Assembly: GCA_965637545.1 (NCBI GenBank)
Contig: OZ281496.1
Coordinates: 27,094,001 to 27,158,000 of the forward strand
Origin: Phallusia mammillata
Taxonomy: Eukaryota
Length of the DNA stretch: 64,000 nucleotides
Reading direction: 5' to 3'
How positions within the stretch are numbered: the stretch's first letter is position 1; the number at the start of each line of letters is the position of its first letter. Below are positions 1-16,283 of the stretch, one piece after another. The notes beneath the pieces are model-generated. The model was given only the letters and a program-made list of their open reading frames with translations, did no database searches and was not told where the DNA came from. A program made the position numbers and the translations under genes.

Positions 1-1200
1 TGAAAAGTGAGTGTCCGCACGTTTAGCTTGATGTGAACCCGGCGTTTCTTAATTAATCATACCGGGTTAGTCCTATACAGTGCAAAAAGAGCAATGCATC
101 CAGGGTTTAAGTTAAGTCACCTGTCATGAGGGCGAATCGCGATGTAAACCCGGCGTTTCTTAATTAATCATACCGGGTTAATTCTATACAGTACAAAAAG
201 AGCAATGCATTCAGGGGTTAAGTTAGGTCACCTGTTATGAGGGCGAATCGCGATTTATTAAAATCGCTTGTGGATTACTGTGGTTAGTTAGGTTATTACA
301 ATAAAGGTGTTTTTACGGAAATTGTGACCTTTAGGCCTATGACCACAACATGGAGTTGCTAAACGCTGGGTGCATGGGTTTTTGGGTTTTTTGGAGTGTA
401 TCTCATATTCGTGCTTACAATGGCCATCGAACGTGATATTTCGCACAAAGGTTGAGCGGAAAGAACAATTTATCTTGACGTTGAAGTTGTCAGTCCTAGT
501 TAGACCGAAAATTTGGCCTCGATCGCGGTTTGTGTAGGCCTACTTGGCACAACTATGTTGGAAACAAAATGTATGTGTTCATGGGGCTTCTCGCGAGAAA
601 GCAAGGTCCTGGACGGAAAACAAACATTTTATCGCGCCCTTTTAACGGCCTTGACGTAGTTAAATTCTCTTTTGTATGAAAATAGTGAACTATTTTTTTC
701 AAAATTCTATACCCGGCAATCGCCAGCAACACATTTAAAAACAGCAATAAACAATTGATGTCTAATCGCCATAATAGCACCCAGTCAACTTAAAGGCATT
801 ATACCGAATTAAGTCACTTACGTTCAACACTTATGTTTTTCTCAACTTGAGGGGTTCGTTACGGGGCCGCAGAAAACTTTCTGAAAGTTTACATTAAATC
901 AAAGTTGTAATAATCGTAATTAGATTTCAGTGCTGAACATTTGTGGTTTTAAAGGCCGGTCTGTGACAACAATTTCAGTTTCAAACCGGTCCACAGTGCA
1001 AAAAAGGTTTCCGACCCCTGCATTACGCTATGTACATGACATCAAAGGTACTTGCAATTTTTCTGACGGTTTATTTTCTTGCGATTACAAAGTACGTAAA
1101 ACAGCGTTTTTTTAAATACAGCACAAAACATAACCGTGTAAGCGCAGTCATAAAAAGATGTATCAGTTTCTTGTCTATAGAAGGTTACAAAAAGAGACAG
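1..1200. repeat. Segmental duplicate of 3533-4770 (upstream region of the LPMO gene)
   Basis: tgaaaagtgagtgtccgcacgtt at 1 recurs at 3533. Collinear similarity continues through tttcttgcgatt(a/g)caaagta (~1075 / ~4398) to about 1200 / 4770. Confidence 0.9.
30..251. repeat. 111-bp tandem duplication (2 copies)
   Basis: gatgt(g/a)aacccggcgtttcttaattaatcataccggg...gagggcgaatcgc occurs at 30-140 and 141-251. The paralogous segment at ~3560 has only one copy. Confidence 0.9.
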
Positions 1201-1307
1201 GTGACGAAGGTTCACGAAAGGGCTGGAAGTCATAGTACTGGATCTTGTTGTTGTGGTAGTCGGAGCTGGGGTATAGTCGTGGTTGTATCTGCGCCGTCGG
1301 TAGCTTC

Positions 1308-3327
1308 TTACTCGTCGCCATCAACGATCATGATGTCAGAACAAGCGTAAAACTCCTCCTGTGGTCCCAGACCAAGTCCACTGACGCCATTTTCATCTGT
1401 TCCCCACGAATTGCCTACATTGTAATAGACATATTCGAACTCTTTAAATCTTTTATATGTCCTGAAAGAGTAAATTGGGCCTATGGCTTATACGGCCCTT
1501 AAGCTATACACCTGGAATTAAATCCTACAGCATATTTTGACGAAATTAGGGTTAGTCGAGACCATAGGTTCTCAATTAGAGTTAGATATACCTTCACGGG
1601 GTACATTTTTGGGGTACAGTCGCAATCTAAACTTTATCTTTGAAATGTGTCATAGGAAAATAGTTTAAAAAATATGCGCTGTAAAGAAAACCTGTTTTGT
1701 CAGGACTCGCATTGTTAAATAATCGCTATTTGATATTTACCTGTATGATACTTCCACTGCAACACGCACTGTTTCTCGCATACCACATCATCAGGTAGTT
1801 TAAGTTTTAGGTCGTGAAAACCGACCGGTTCCGGCGTAGAAGACAAATACCACTTTGTATCACCGTCCTCAAACCGCAACAAAAAGCTGAAAACATGTGA
1901 TCTTAAGTCACAACAATTCAGGAGGGGGTAAAGCTTTGTCTTTGTCTAGTTTCTCAAGCACGTTTTGAGTTTTGTTCATGCATGAGGGTTTTGGGGCACC
2001 GCTTTTTTTCTTGTTCATAGAGCTCAGAATAAAACAAAAAAACTTGATGAATGCAGTTTTTGTAATGCAATCTATTTATGGGAGACTAAACAATGGCTGT
2101 TGATTGACCTTTAGCCCAGTTACCTGTTGAGACAATCTTGGGTGACAGGAGTTTTGAAATCGTCCCAAGGACACAGTCTGAATTCGAAATATCCCTTGTG
2201 CTCAGCGGTTATCTGCACCTTAACGTCGATCAACTGTCCACGGTTGTAGATTCTAAAAATACAATTTGGAATATGAATTTTGATATGTTAACGGACTTGA
2301 ATTTCCCAATTGTCTATGGTAGTTAAAACTGTTAGCGTGGTTAAATTAGCTGCCAAACCAGTTTCCAAGCAACCAGACAAAAATCTCATGGCATTCTTAG
2401 TTAATGTGATGGTTTAAATTAGTTCCTTTTCTTTGGTTTAATTGGTAAAAGGGTCCAGTTCAATTGCTGATTGATATAAGAGCGTGACATCTTATTGCAT
2501 TAAAACTAAAGGTATGAAATTAACATGGAACAATTTTAGTCCAAAGGAACAACAATGCAACTAAAGTAGGCTATCCAGTGTTGGTATTCAGTCGTTTCGC
2601 ACCGGTTCTATAAAACCGTCTCACGAAATTTTGTGAGATCAGCGAACCGGTTAACATTACTCGTTACTGTCAATGAAACGGCTGAAAAATGTGATAGAAC
2701 AGGCTGACAAAAAATTTAATTACCACTACTGAGGCTTTCCTATTATAAAATGCAGCAAAGCACATAAAACTTATGAACTCATTTTTGCTTGCCTTGTTAT
2801 AACGCCTTTTGCGTATTTGCCACCAGCTTCATTTGGTCTGTCTAGATCCGCGTAATTATCCCCACACACTCCACATTTTCCACCATTGGCTTGCTGAACC
2901 TACAATATAACTTTATAAGCAAGGACGGTTGGTGACATTGTGCATCTCAACGAAATAACACAAACATAAAAAATGTTTTGATTGGACGCAGTATAGACCT
3001 ACGCTATATTCGAAGAGTCTTTGCGCTATGCAAAAAGACCCAAACTGCAACGAATAAGGAATACTCTTACTGCAAATCCACCACAGTAAAGTTCATTGTC
3101 ACTGTAGTTTGGCTCTATGACTGCGGCGAACGGAATTATCATCGGATCTTTGTCCTTCAGTCGCCACAAGCTTGATCTTCCTGCTGGCTCCAGCAGCCTT
3201 CCATGTGCGTTAACCCCGGCAAAAAGAGCTAAAGAATAAGAAAATGTTACGACCTAGTGTAAATACCATTGTTCTGTCGCATACACTTACCCACTGCAAT
3301 GCAAAATGAAAAGAAAGCCTTTGCCAT
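1308..3327 (-). CDS. AA15-family lytic polysaccharide monooxygenase (chitin-binding type-4 domain), secreted, 227 aa, 6 exons
   Basis: Exons 3327-3291, 3228-3071, 2899-2793, 2252-2124, 1886-1741 and 1414-1308 sum to 684 nt in frame. Translation: MAKAFFSFCIAVALFAGVNA|HGRLLEPAGRSSLWR...NYSDNELYCGGF...GKCGVCGD...NEAGGKYAKG...ITAEHKGYFEFRLCP...LKLPDDVVCEKQCVLQWKYHTGNSWG...GPQEEFYACSDI. His1 follows the signal peptide and a second His lies in TAEH (histidine brace). Confidence 0.93.
2576..2731. mobile_element. hAT-type MITE (family also at 24448 and 55788), in an LPMO intron
   Basis: CAG...CTG termini with an 8-bp TSD aggctatc/aggctttc. The internal sequence is the reverse complement of the 24448-24626 element. 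Confidence 0.8.
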
Positions 3328-3532
3328 GTCTTTTCTTCCTGGATAATCACAAAGTGAAGGCACTATTACCTCCCTCGACTAATTTATACCAGCAAATTAT
3401 CCCGAGTTGACTTTGTTATGGTAAGATTACGTGTTCAGAGTGTGCAATACATAATTTTCTTGGGAATGTCGTTGACAAGAAAGATGGAAAGAACTTCCTT
3501 CTTTAAGTGATCAAACGCCGCATTCACAGTTT

Positions 3533-4770
3533 TGAAAAGTGAGTGTCCGCACGTTCAGCTTTATCTGAATCCGGCGTTTCTTAATCATACAGGGTTAATC
3601 CTGTGCAGTGCAAAAAGAATAATGCATTTAGGGGTTAAGTTAGGCCACCTGTCATGAGGGCGAATCACGATTTAATTTCAATCACTTGTGGATTACTGTG
3701 ATTAGTTAAGCTATAGCCTATACAAAGTAAGCTGTTTTAAACGGAAGTTGTGACCTTAAGGTCGATGACAAGAGCATGGTGTTGTTAGAATCTCTGGGTG
3801 CATGTTTTTTTGGAAAGTATCTAATATTCGTGCTTGCAGTGACCCTATCGAACGTGATATTTCGCACAAAGGATAAGCGGAAAGGACAATTTGTCTTAAC
3901 GATCAAGGTGTCGGTCTAAATTAAACTGGTTTGGCCTCTATCGCGCTTTTCATACAGGGCGCATCGGCACTTGGATAAAACTCTGTTGCAAAACAGAATG
4001 TATGATGATTTCTTGGCGCTTCTCACGAGAAAGCAGGGCTCGGGAGAGGAAAAACATGTGTCAGTTTTCTGACTTCTTTTGAACATTGTAGTTATACCTT
4101 GATGTTATTTTTTGTATCAAGAGAGAATTAAAATGCTATACTCGGCAATCAGCAGCAACATGTTTAAGCTTAATTAAACAACAAAAAAGTAATGCTTACC
4201 TGCTTTCATACAACAGGCCAGTTAAAGGCGTTATACCGATAACTGCGTAATTGTCCATTGATTTTCAAGAGTCCCTTGAACTGTTGTGGACATTGGCGCG
4301 GAGCACCGACTGCACCCCTCTCGCGGGGCCAGCGTAAAAAGGAACCGAGAAAAAATAAAAGTCATTAAGCATTACGTTTTTTGCTTACTGTTTATTTTTC
4401 TTGCGATTGCAAAGTATGTAACACAGCGTTTTTTTTAAATACAGTACAAAAATTTCAGGCAATTGTCCTGACAAACAAAACAAAAACGTAAAGATGACAT
4501 AACGTCGTGAAGTTCAACTCAATTTGACAAACTAATGTTTTTTTACACTAATGATATTATACAAAGTTTACAGGCAATCAAGGCGCTCTTGTTCAGCAAA
4601 CATGCTTTAAAACTGCTATTGTTTTGGATGTATTTCGTACCCGTTGCATAGGTAAAATTTTACCGCAATGCCAAGTATTTGGTTATTTAGAAAAATGGTT
4701 ATAACCTTATGTAAGAGGCAGTCATAAAATGGGGTGTAAGTTTCTTGTACAAGGGAATCTTCGAAAGGAG
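3533..4770. repeat. Segmental duplicate of 1-1200
   Basis: Collinear similarity with 1-1200. It lies between the LPMO start codon and the YME1L1 3' end. Confidence 0.9.
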
Positions 4771-4983
4771 AGAAAAAAGAAGAAGGCAAGTTTGTCTCTC
4801 GTGTCTCTCAAAAGCATATGCCACAATTGGGCTGACGGCTACTTCTTTCACAAAGTGGTGAAAACGTAAAAAAACTGCTTGAAATACGCCCCTCGTTTAT
4901 TTTCTAAGTTACAATTACCCCATGACAAACAGTGTTGACGCCCCGCGTTCAGGCAAAAACAAAAAAACAACCACTTTAGGGCG

Positions 4984-10354
<5,371 letters not shown>

Positions 10355-10589
10355 AGATTAATGCTAAAACCTACTTAGTCAGTTAAAATAGTTGACTGTT
10401 TTTTTATTTCAATACTTCATTAATAAAAAGATTTATTCATAATGTGCAGCTGAATAAAACCAAAATTTTCTGTTATACATAAACATTAGCAGTACACAAT
10501 ATCAGAAACAAATTTCAGAAAAAGCACAAAACAATGAAAACATGTGTGCCACAATTAACACAATAAACTGATTACTCAATACTCAACCA

Positions 10590-10660
10590 AGTCATTCAGT
10601 TCAGTCAGTCAGCTTTACCGTAATCACGTGACCATGACGTAACATTTTCGAAATTAAAAA
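10590..10660 (-). promoter_or_regulatory. Probable YME1L1 promoter / non-coding first exon region with CACGTG and TGACGT motifs
   Basis: cacgtg at 10625-10630 and tgacgt at ~10635, about 270 bp upstream of the ATG. A splice acceptor just before the ATG implies an upstream non-coding exon or a trans-splice site. Confidence 0.3.
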
Positions 10661-11894
10661 TCGCACGTAAAAATGGGCACTTTCAAAACGGGTTTGTTTA
10701 TTCCACCGTTTCTTTTTCTTAAACAAACACTTCGATTTCCCAAACATCAACAAATTAGTTGGATAAATTGACAGTCTGCAAATGTGGTACTAATTGCAAT
10801 ACGCCAAGGCTGGGCTGCAGCAAAGCTTATGGTGAACGTTCGAGGAACGAATTTGCATCAATCCTAGCATTTAACTTACTGAGCTGGCCGTCACAAATTA
10901 ATGAACACTTACCCTAAATTATTTTTGATGACAAGTATCAACATAAACGTGTTCTTTCCAAGGTCGCAATCACAACACGCAAGCCTAATTGTGACCCCTT
11001 TTGTGTTAGACTAGGGTTGCCATATATTATGATACACAATCCCTGACAAAATTTATCTCGGTTCATTAGCCCAGTTTTTCTCAAACATTTTCGTTATTTT
11101 TTCTAAACGGTCCTTTTGCCATTATTTCGAGGGCTCACGGTCCGCAAGCCTGAATGTGTATTTCAGAAAAACAAAAGCTGATTGCAGGATTTTAGCTAGT
11201 TATGCAAAATTGCGCATAACCATAATCCAAATCTGACATCACAGACAAGACAAAAGCATTGTATTTGTGCGCGAACAATGGCATTTTTGTTTGGTTGTCA
11301 TGCATAAAGTTTAGCAATGGAGACGGTCGATCCTTACTTTCATTTTGATTTAAACTGATTCAGTTGCACAAACTGACGCCAAATATAAATATAGAATTAC
11401 TTCCACCTTTTCCCGGTCCCCGCAAAATACCCTGCCTAAAGGACAGCGGACCCCAGTTTAGGAACCGCTGCGTTTACCATTTTTGCGATCAAAACACTTC
11501 TATCCCGGCATAAATTTGGAATATTCGGAAGTCACACTGACGGCGACACGAGAAAACGTTAGATACGGTGCTCTGATCCTTGTCAATTAACTTTCTGTGT
11601 AGGCTTCCGTTTAGTTAAGTTTATTAGGCTAAGCTCACTACTCTATCCTTGAAACAATAAGCACATATGTCAGGGGTCTCCAACCTTTACCACTCTTAAA
11701 ACCATTCGGACCAATTTTACACAGAAAAAAAAACTAACAACGGGATCCACGAAGACCTTTTTAAATTTGAAAAAAAATTACTACTAGGAATGCATAACAT
11801 ATTGCGAAAATCGTGTTGCAATTTCAAGCAAGGAATCCCGTCTCACCCGCTTCGATCATATATACAGCCAGCCATATACGACCATACCCTATGC

Positions 11895-12355
11895 CAGGGC
11901 TTCTCAAACTGTGGGTCGCGACCCCAATTGGGGTCGCGTAATGTAATTTTGGGGTCGCGAAACATTATGGGTGATTATGTCAGTCACAATAAATGGTATA
12001 CGTGCGTACATTTATTGTTTAAACATCATTCCCGTGTATTCAAACTGCTCTAAGCACATTTTGTAGAACTTAAAAGAGTATTACCAGCCTAGTAACCATA
12101 TGCGGCAGACTTTTTATGCCTATTGTGTGCAAACAATGCGAAAAAGCAGATACCACAAGCGTCACAATAGAGATTATGACGTCATAAAATTTAAGACTGT
12201 GTATCAAGTTAGATATTAATTTAGACTTTTTAGGCGCCATTAAATGGTATATATTTAAAATATAAGTATTTCTTTGCATCATACCCATCAAGGGGTCGCG
12301 TAGAAATTTCTGTTCTAAAATGGGGTCGCAAAGCAAGAAAGTTTGAGTAGCCCTG
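11895..12355. mobile_element. hAT-type MITE
   Basis: TIRs cagggcttctcaaact / agtttgagtagccctg. Perfect 8-bp TSD ccctatgc at 11887-11894 and 12356-12363. Confidence 0.92.
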
Positions 12356-12363
12356 CCCTATGC

Positions 12364-12650
12364 TACATCAACAGAAAATTACTATGCATCTTTGCCACCC
12401 TTCTAAGAAGCTGTTGGTAATCCTTAAACAGGCTGAAAGTATTTTCCGTCAAACAAATTTCGAAATGACAGCAGAAAATGAAAAGTTTAAAATTCTGCTT
12501 CCCATGCTACAAAGTTTGGAAACTCCCAACTTCCATGCTGATGTTGTGCCCAAAATTGTGAAAAAGTATGTGAAGCTTCGACTTCATATTCATGGCAAAG
12601 CAGTTACCAAAAAAGCCTTACAAAAAAGCAGTTTGCAGGAAAAAGTGCTG
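12364..12650 (+). pseudogene. Possible P-element/THAP9-like transposase C-terminal remnant
   Basis: ORF segment HPSKKLLVILKQAESIFR...IVKKYVKLRLHIHGK resembles the C-terminal region of P-element-like transposases. This is motif recall only; no search was run. Confidence 0.3.
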
Positions 12651-13245
12651 CCAGGTTTCTTCAATGAAGTAAACACATTGTTCAGTTTTTTTACTGCTTG
12701 TTTATTGTTACTCTCTTACTCTCTCACAACGCAGTAATACTCTCATATGTTAACAATATTTACTCACTTGGGAAGTTTGAAGTACAAACTGAGTCTATTT
12801 TAGGCTCGTGAACAACAGCTAAAGCCTTAAAAACCTGTTTCTTCGCACCCATTGCAACACGAGGCTCATGCTTTTACAAATAGCGGCCAAATTTGCCAGT
12901 TGGGGTACGCGTTATTTCTATGACTCTGGAAATGCTCAACGTCATTTCTAGCACACAACAGCTGTCAATGACCACATATCACCACAAACATTTATTCTTA
13001 CTTGTTTTGAAGGTCGAAAAAGCTTTGTATAAACATGCTGTCGTTTGTTTTTCGGGAAATGAAACACAGTACACTGTTTCGATCATAGGTGTAATGACGA
13101 ATATTACGGCCCAAATAGACGTAAAAAGCGACGATTCAAACGTTTCGGCAAATGCTCATGCCATCATCAGTGATATTAATAATGCTTTTTAATGTTTCGT
13201 TTCTCATGTTCACTGTACGTTGTCAGTGCTAACATCTTTCACTGC

Positions 13246-15422
13246 TTAACGGTGGTTGTGCAAAACATGGACGCAAGGGTCTTTACAGAAATGTAGTGCC
13301 AATTCGCTCCACCATGCGTCAGAAAAGGTTTGAAAATTTTCGTCAAACTTGAATATATGATTTGGGTCGTCAGTAATGTCAAGGAATAGCTGGTCATCGA
13401 ACACAACACCATCCCGCTCAAATGCATACACGTACAGCTGTAAAAAATATAAATATGCTATGCTTAGGTATAATTAAAGTTTACATTTAGGCTTGATTTT
13501 ACGTGATATCCCATTTTTTGTGCTACTTTCGCCGCGGCCGTTGCGTCATCGGATGGATTGCTGTCTGTCACGATAAGTATGACTTTTGGAACCCTCTCGT
13601 CTCTCATACCCTTTTCCATGTCTAGAAGGTTGTCCAAAGCGTATTGTATTGCTGCTCCCGTATTGATAAGTGAATCTATCATTAAACACATGGATGATTG
13701 TTGTTGACGCAATGTATTGTTTCATGTTTTAAACTTACCAACTTTGGAAGTTTGCATTCGTTCTTGAAAGATACTCATCATTAGGGTTTTATTGTGTTCG
13801 TACTCGTTAAAGTTAATAACTGACGAGTTGTAAGGTTCAGCTCCATACGATACTCCAGCGAGAAGCGTTGATTCCTCGCCAATATCAATCAATCTAAACT
13901 AACCAGTCGTTACTTGCGTTTGTCGGGTGACTACTTAATACCTGTGGCCTTTACAGGCTCTATAGACTAGGTTAGTGGTTCTCAACTCGTTTTCGGCCAT
14001 GGACCACCGCGCAAGTAAAACTAATATCGTGGACCATTTTATTTTTGAGCAAGATTGAAGTACACATACAAAACTACTATTTGGGCTTGAAACATAATTC
14101 TTTAAAACCGATTTTCCAGAAGTGTGATACAATTATTAACAGCTAACATTTCAATACTCTTTCAATATGTAATATGCAATAATCTCTAGTTTATCGACAA
14201 ACTTAGCGGACGTCCTGTGGACCATCCAAAAAGTCATCATGGACCACTAGTGGTCTATGGACCACCAGTTGAGAACCACTGGTCTAGGTTCAAAGAGTTA
14301 AACGTCTTTCTTACTCTGTGATTGCAAGAAGCACGCGCATAACGATTGAAGCGCTGCTATCTTTGTAGTGGTACAAAACCGCCCAGTCGTGCAACAGATA
14401 TGGTGGACAAGGGCCTAAAATATTGAAAATAGTTTATTTGTTACTGAAAGAAGTTTTACCTATTACATGCGAAGCAAAATGTAGTCCTAGAACTTTTGTG
14501 AGCATTTTGGATTCCATAATGAAATATTTAAATTGTTTCTAACTTCTTTCTGAATAAAGAATAATCAAACCTAATTTTTGTGTGTACATCTCATAAACCT
14601 TACGAGCACAGCATGGTGGATCATATTCCCAGGTGCCGTCAGCTCCACAACCGTTCTGATCTAGTCCTACTGGCCACAGTTCGTAAGTTGGCTCAGTGCA
14701 TTGGTATCTGCAAAGTGAGTTTTCGCAGTGAATGTTTCCATGCGGTAATCTGTTTGGTTGCAGTCGACAGTCATTGAATCCACCTTTTGTACAACAAATA
14801 AAGCCAAGTTCGTTTCCTACTGGAACTGTATTTAGGTTAAAATTTAGTTTAAAAACACCAAGCAGACATTTGTTAGCTTCTATAGTGCTTCTCAGTAAAC
14901 CAACCCGACAAAATTGGGAAAGACACATCAGAGAAGCAAGTGTCAATTCTTGCGTTACACAAATCTCCATCACAGCAACAAGTACAAAATGAGTTGAGTT
15001 GATCTCCATTGCATTGAGTAGATTTGCCTGAAGGCCTATTGTTCTGGAAAAGAAGCATGTAGAAATATAGTTGGGTGTTTTGTTGACTATTTTTCTTTCC
15101 CACCTGTTTTTGGTTGTTTCTGCAGGCCAAGGCCTTCTTGCATCCTTTGCTAACGTACATTTTGTCATTGTGTCGTCTTATTACTGTTTCACAGATGTCC
15201 TAATATATATATATATATATATATGTTTACACATAATGCATTTGACTTGATAAAACTAACACATTAACTTGCCTGAGATCCCTGGCATTGCTGCTCTCCG
15301 TTAAGATTGCATGTTATGAAGCCCAAAGCACTATTACATGTAACACACTTTAGTGACAAAACGGGGGTAAACACAAAAGACAAAATAGCAAAGACGAGCG
15401 ACAGCAAAACTAAATCCTTCAT
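13246..15422 (-). CDS. Array unit 1: secreted Ly6/uPAR - sushi(CCP) - vWA protein, 8 exons, intact
   Basis: MKDLVLLSLVFAILSFVFTPVLS-LKCVTC...; ICETVIRRHNDKMYVSKGCKKALAC; QCNGDQLNSFCTCCCDGDLCN; CRLQPNRLPHGNIHC...WEYDPPCCAR; PCPPYLLHDWAVLYHYK; NTGAAIQYALDNLL...RVPKVILIVTDSNPSDD; VYAFERDG...HFCKDPCVHVLHNHR*. All splice phases are consistent; intron 1 has a GC donor. Confidence 0.88.
13973..14281. mobile_element. hAT-type MITE in a unit 1 intron
   Basis: TIRs tagtggttctcaact / agttgagaaccactg, TSD gactaggt/gtctaggt. It is absent from the homologous sequence at ~19990. Confidence 0.85.
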
Positions 15423-16283
15423 ACTAGCTGACTGTGCTTTCTCATAGTGTTTAGGCTACATAGCACTTTCAAAATCGGCAAAAATGTTTTACACAAAATA
15501 CAGTTGTTGTATGCCCTGGGGTGATTAATACCTGCAGCAAATATGTGTAGTAAATTTCAGATTTTTATGCTCTAAGAACTTCTCTTGCCCCCACTTATTC
15601 TGGCGATTTTTTGGCACTTAGTCTGACGAAGTCTAGTTAAGAGTGTAGTGTTACAACATAAAACATGTCCAACATGTGTTTTTAACCACATCCGGCTAAT
15701 TGCACATGTAACTTGCGTTAAAATATTCTATTATGTGATTCTACGATTCTATTAAATTACCTATGTGCGAGCAAATAGCTTTCTGTGAAATGGGTTTGGC
15801 AGACAGAGTCCAGACCGGTAAAAAATAATTGGTTATCAATTTACATGTCTATGTGAAATCCCAGTATTCTATGATAAGCGCTGCTTTAATTTTTCGTAGG
15901 ACGTGAATAAAGTGGGCGTGTATGTTGTGTAAGTTTGGCCCATGTGATGTGCAGAAACAAATACGCAATGCGTTGCAACTGCTCGGTGTTTCTGTTTATT
16001 TGGGTAACAAAAGACTCTTTCTAGTTTTACGACACTGTTTTGTTGAATTGCAGATACCGAAGTCTAGTCCTTGAAATATAAAATTTCCGCGCTGGTTTGT
16101 TTTGTTTCTTTGTTGTATTTGTTAAAATGTTCATTAGTATATAAAATTCAAATGGAGACAGTGTTAGGTAAATCTGTTTGAGCAAAACTTCTTGTTACAC
16201 AACTAAGACATATAGACTAAGCAATGTGCAATTAGAAACGTGAACCAACACACTCATTGAACAGAAGTCCAGGTATTTCATAT

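Noticed and set aside
553-1350. ORFs 553-780(-), 930-1115(+), 1030-1350(+)
   Set aside because: Alternative-start chance ORFs in duplicated non-coding DNA or antisense to the LPMO last exon; not conserved in the duplicate copy.
14539-15168. 209-aa ORF in unit 1
   Set aside because: Composite of out-of-frame exon 2/3 sequence, intron and the CCP exon; explained by the spliced model.
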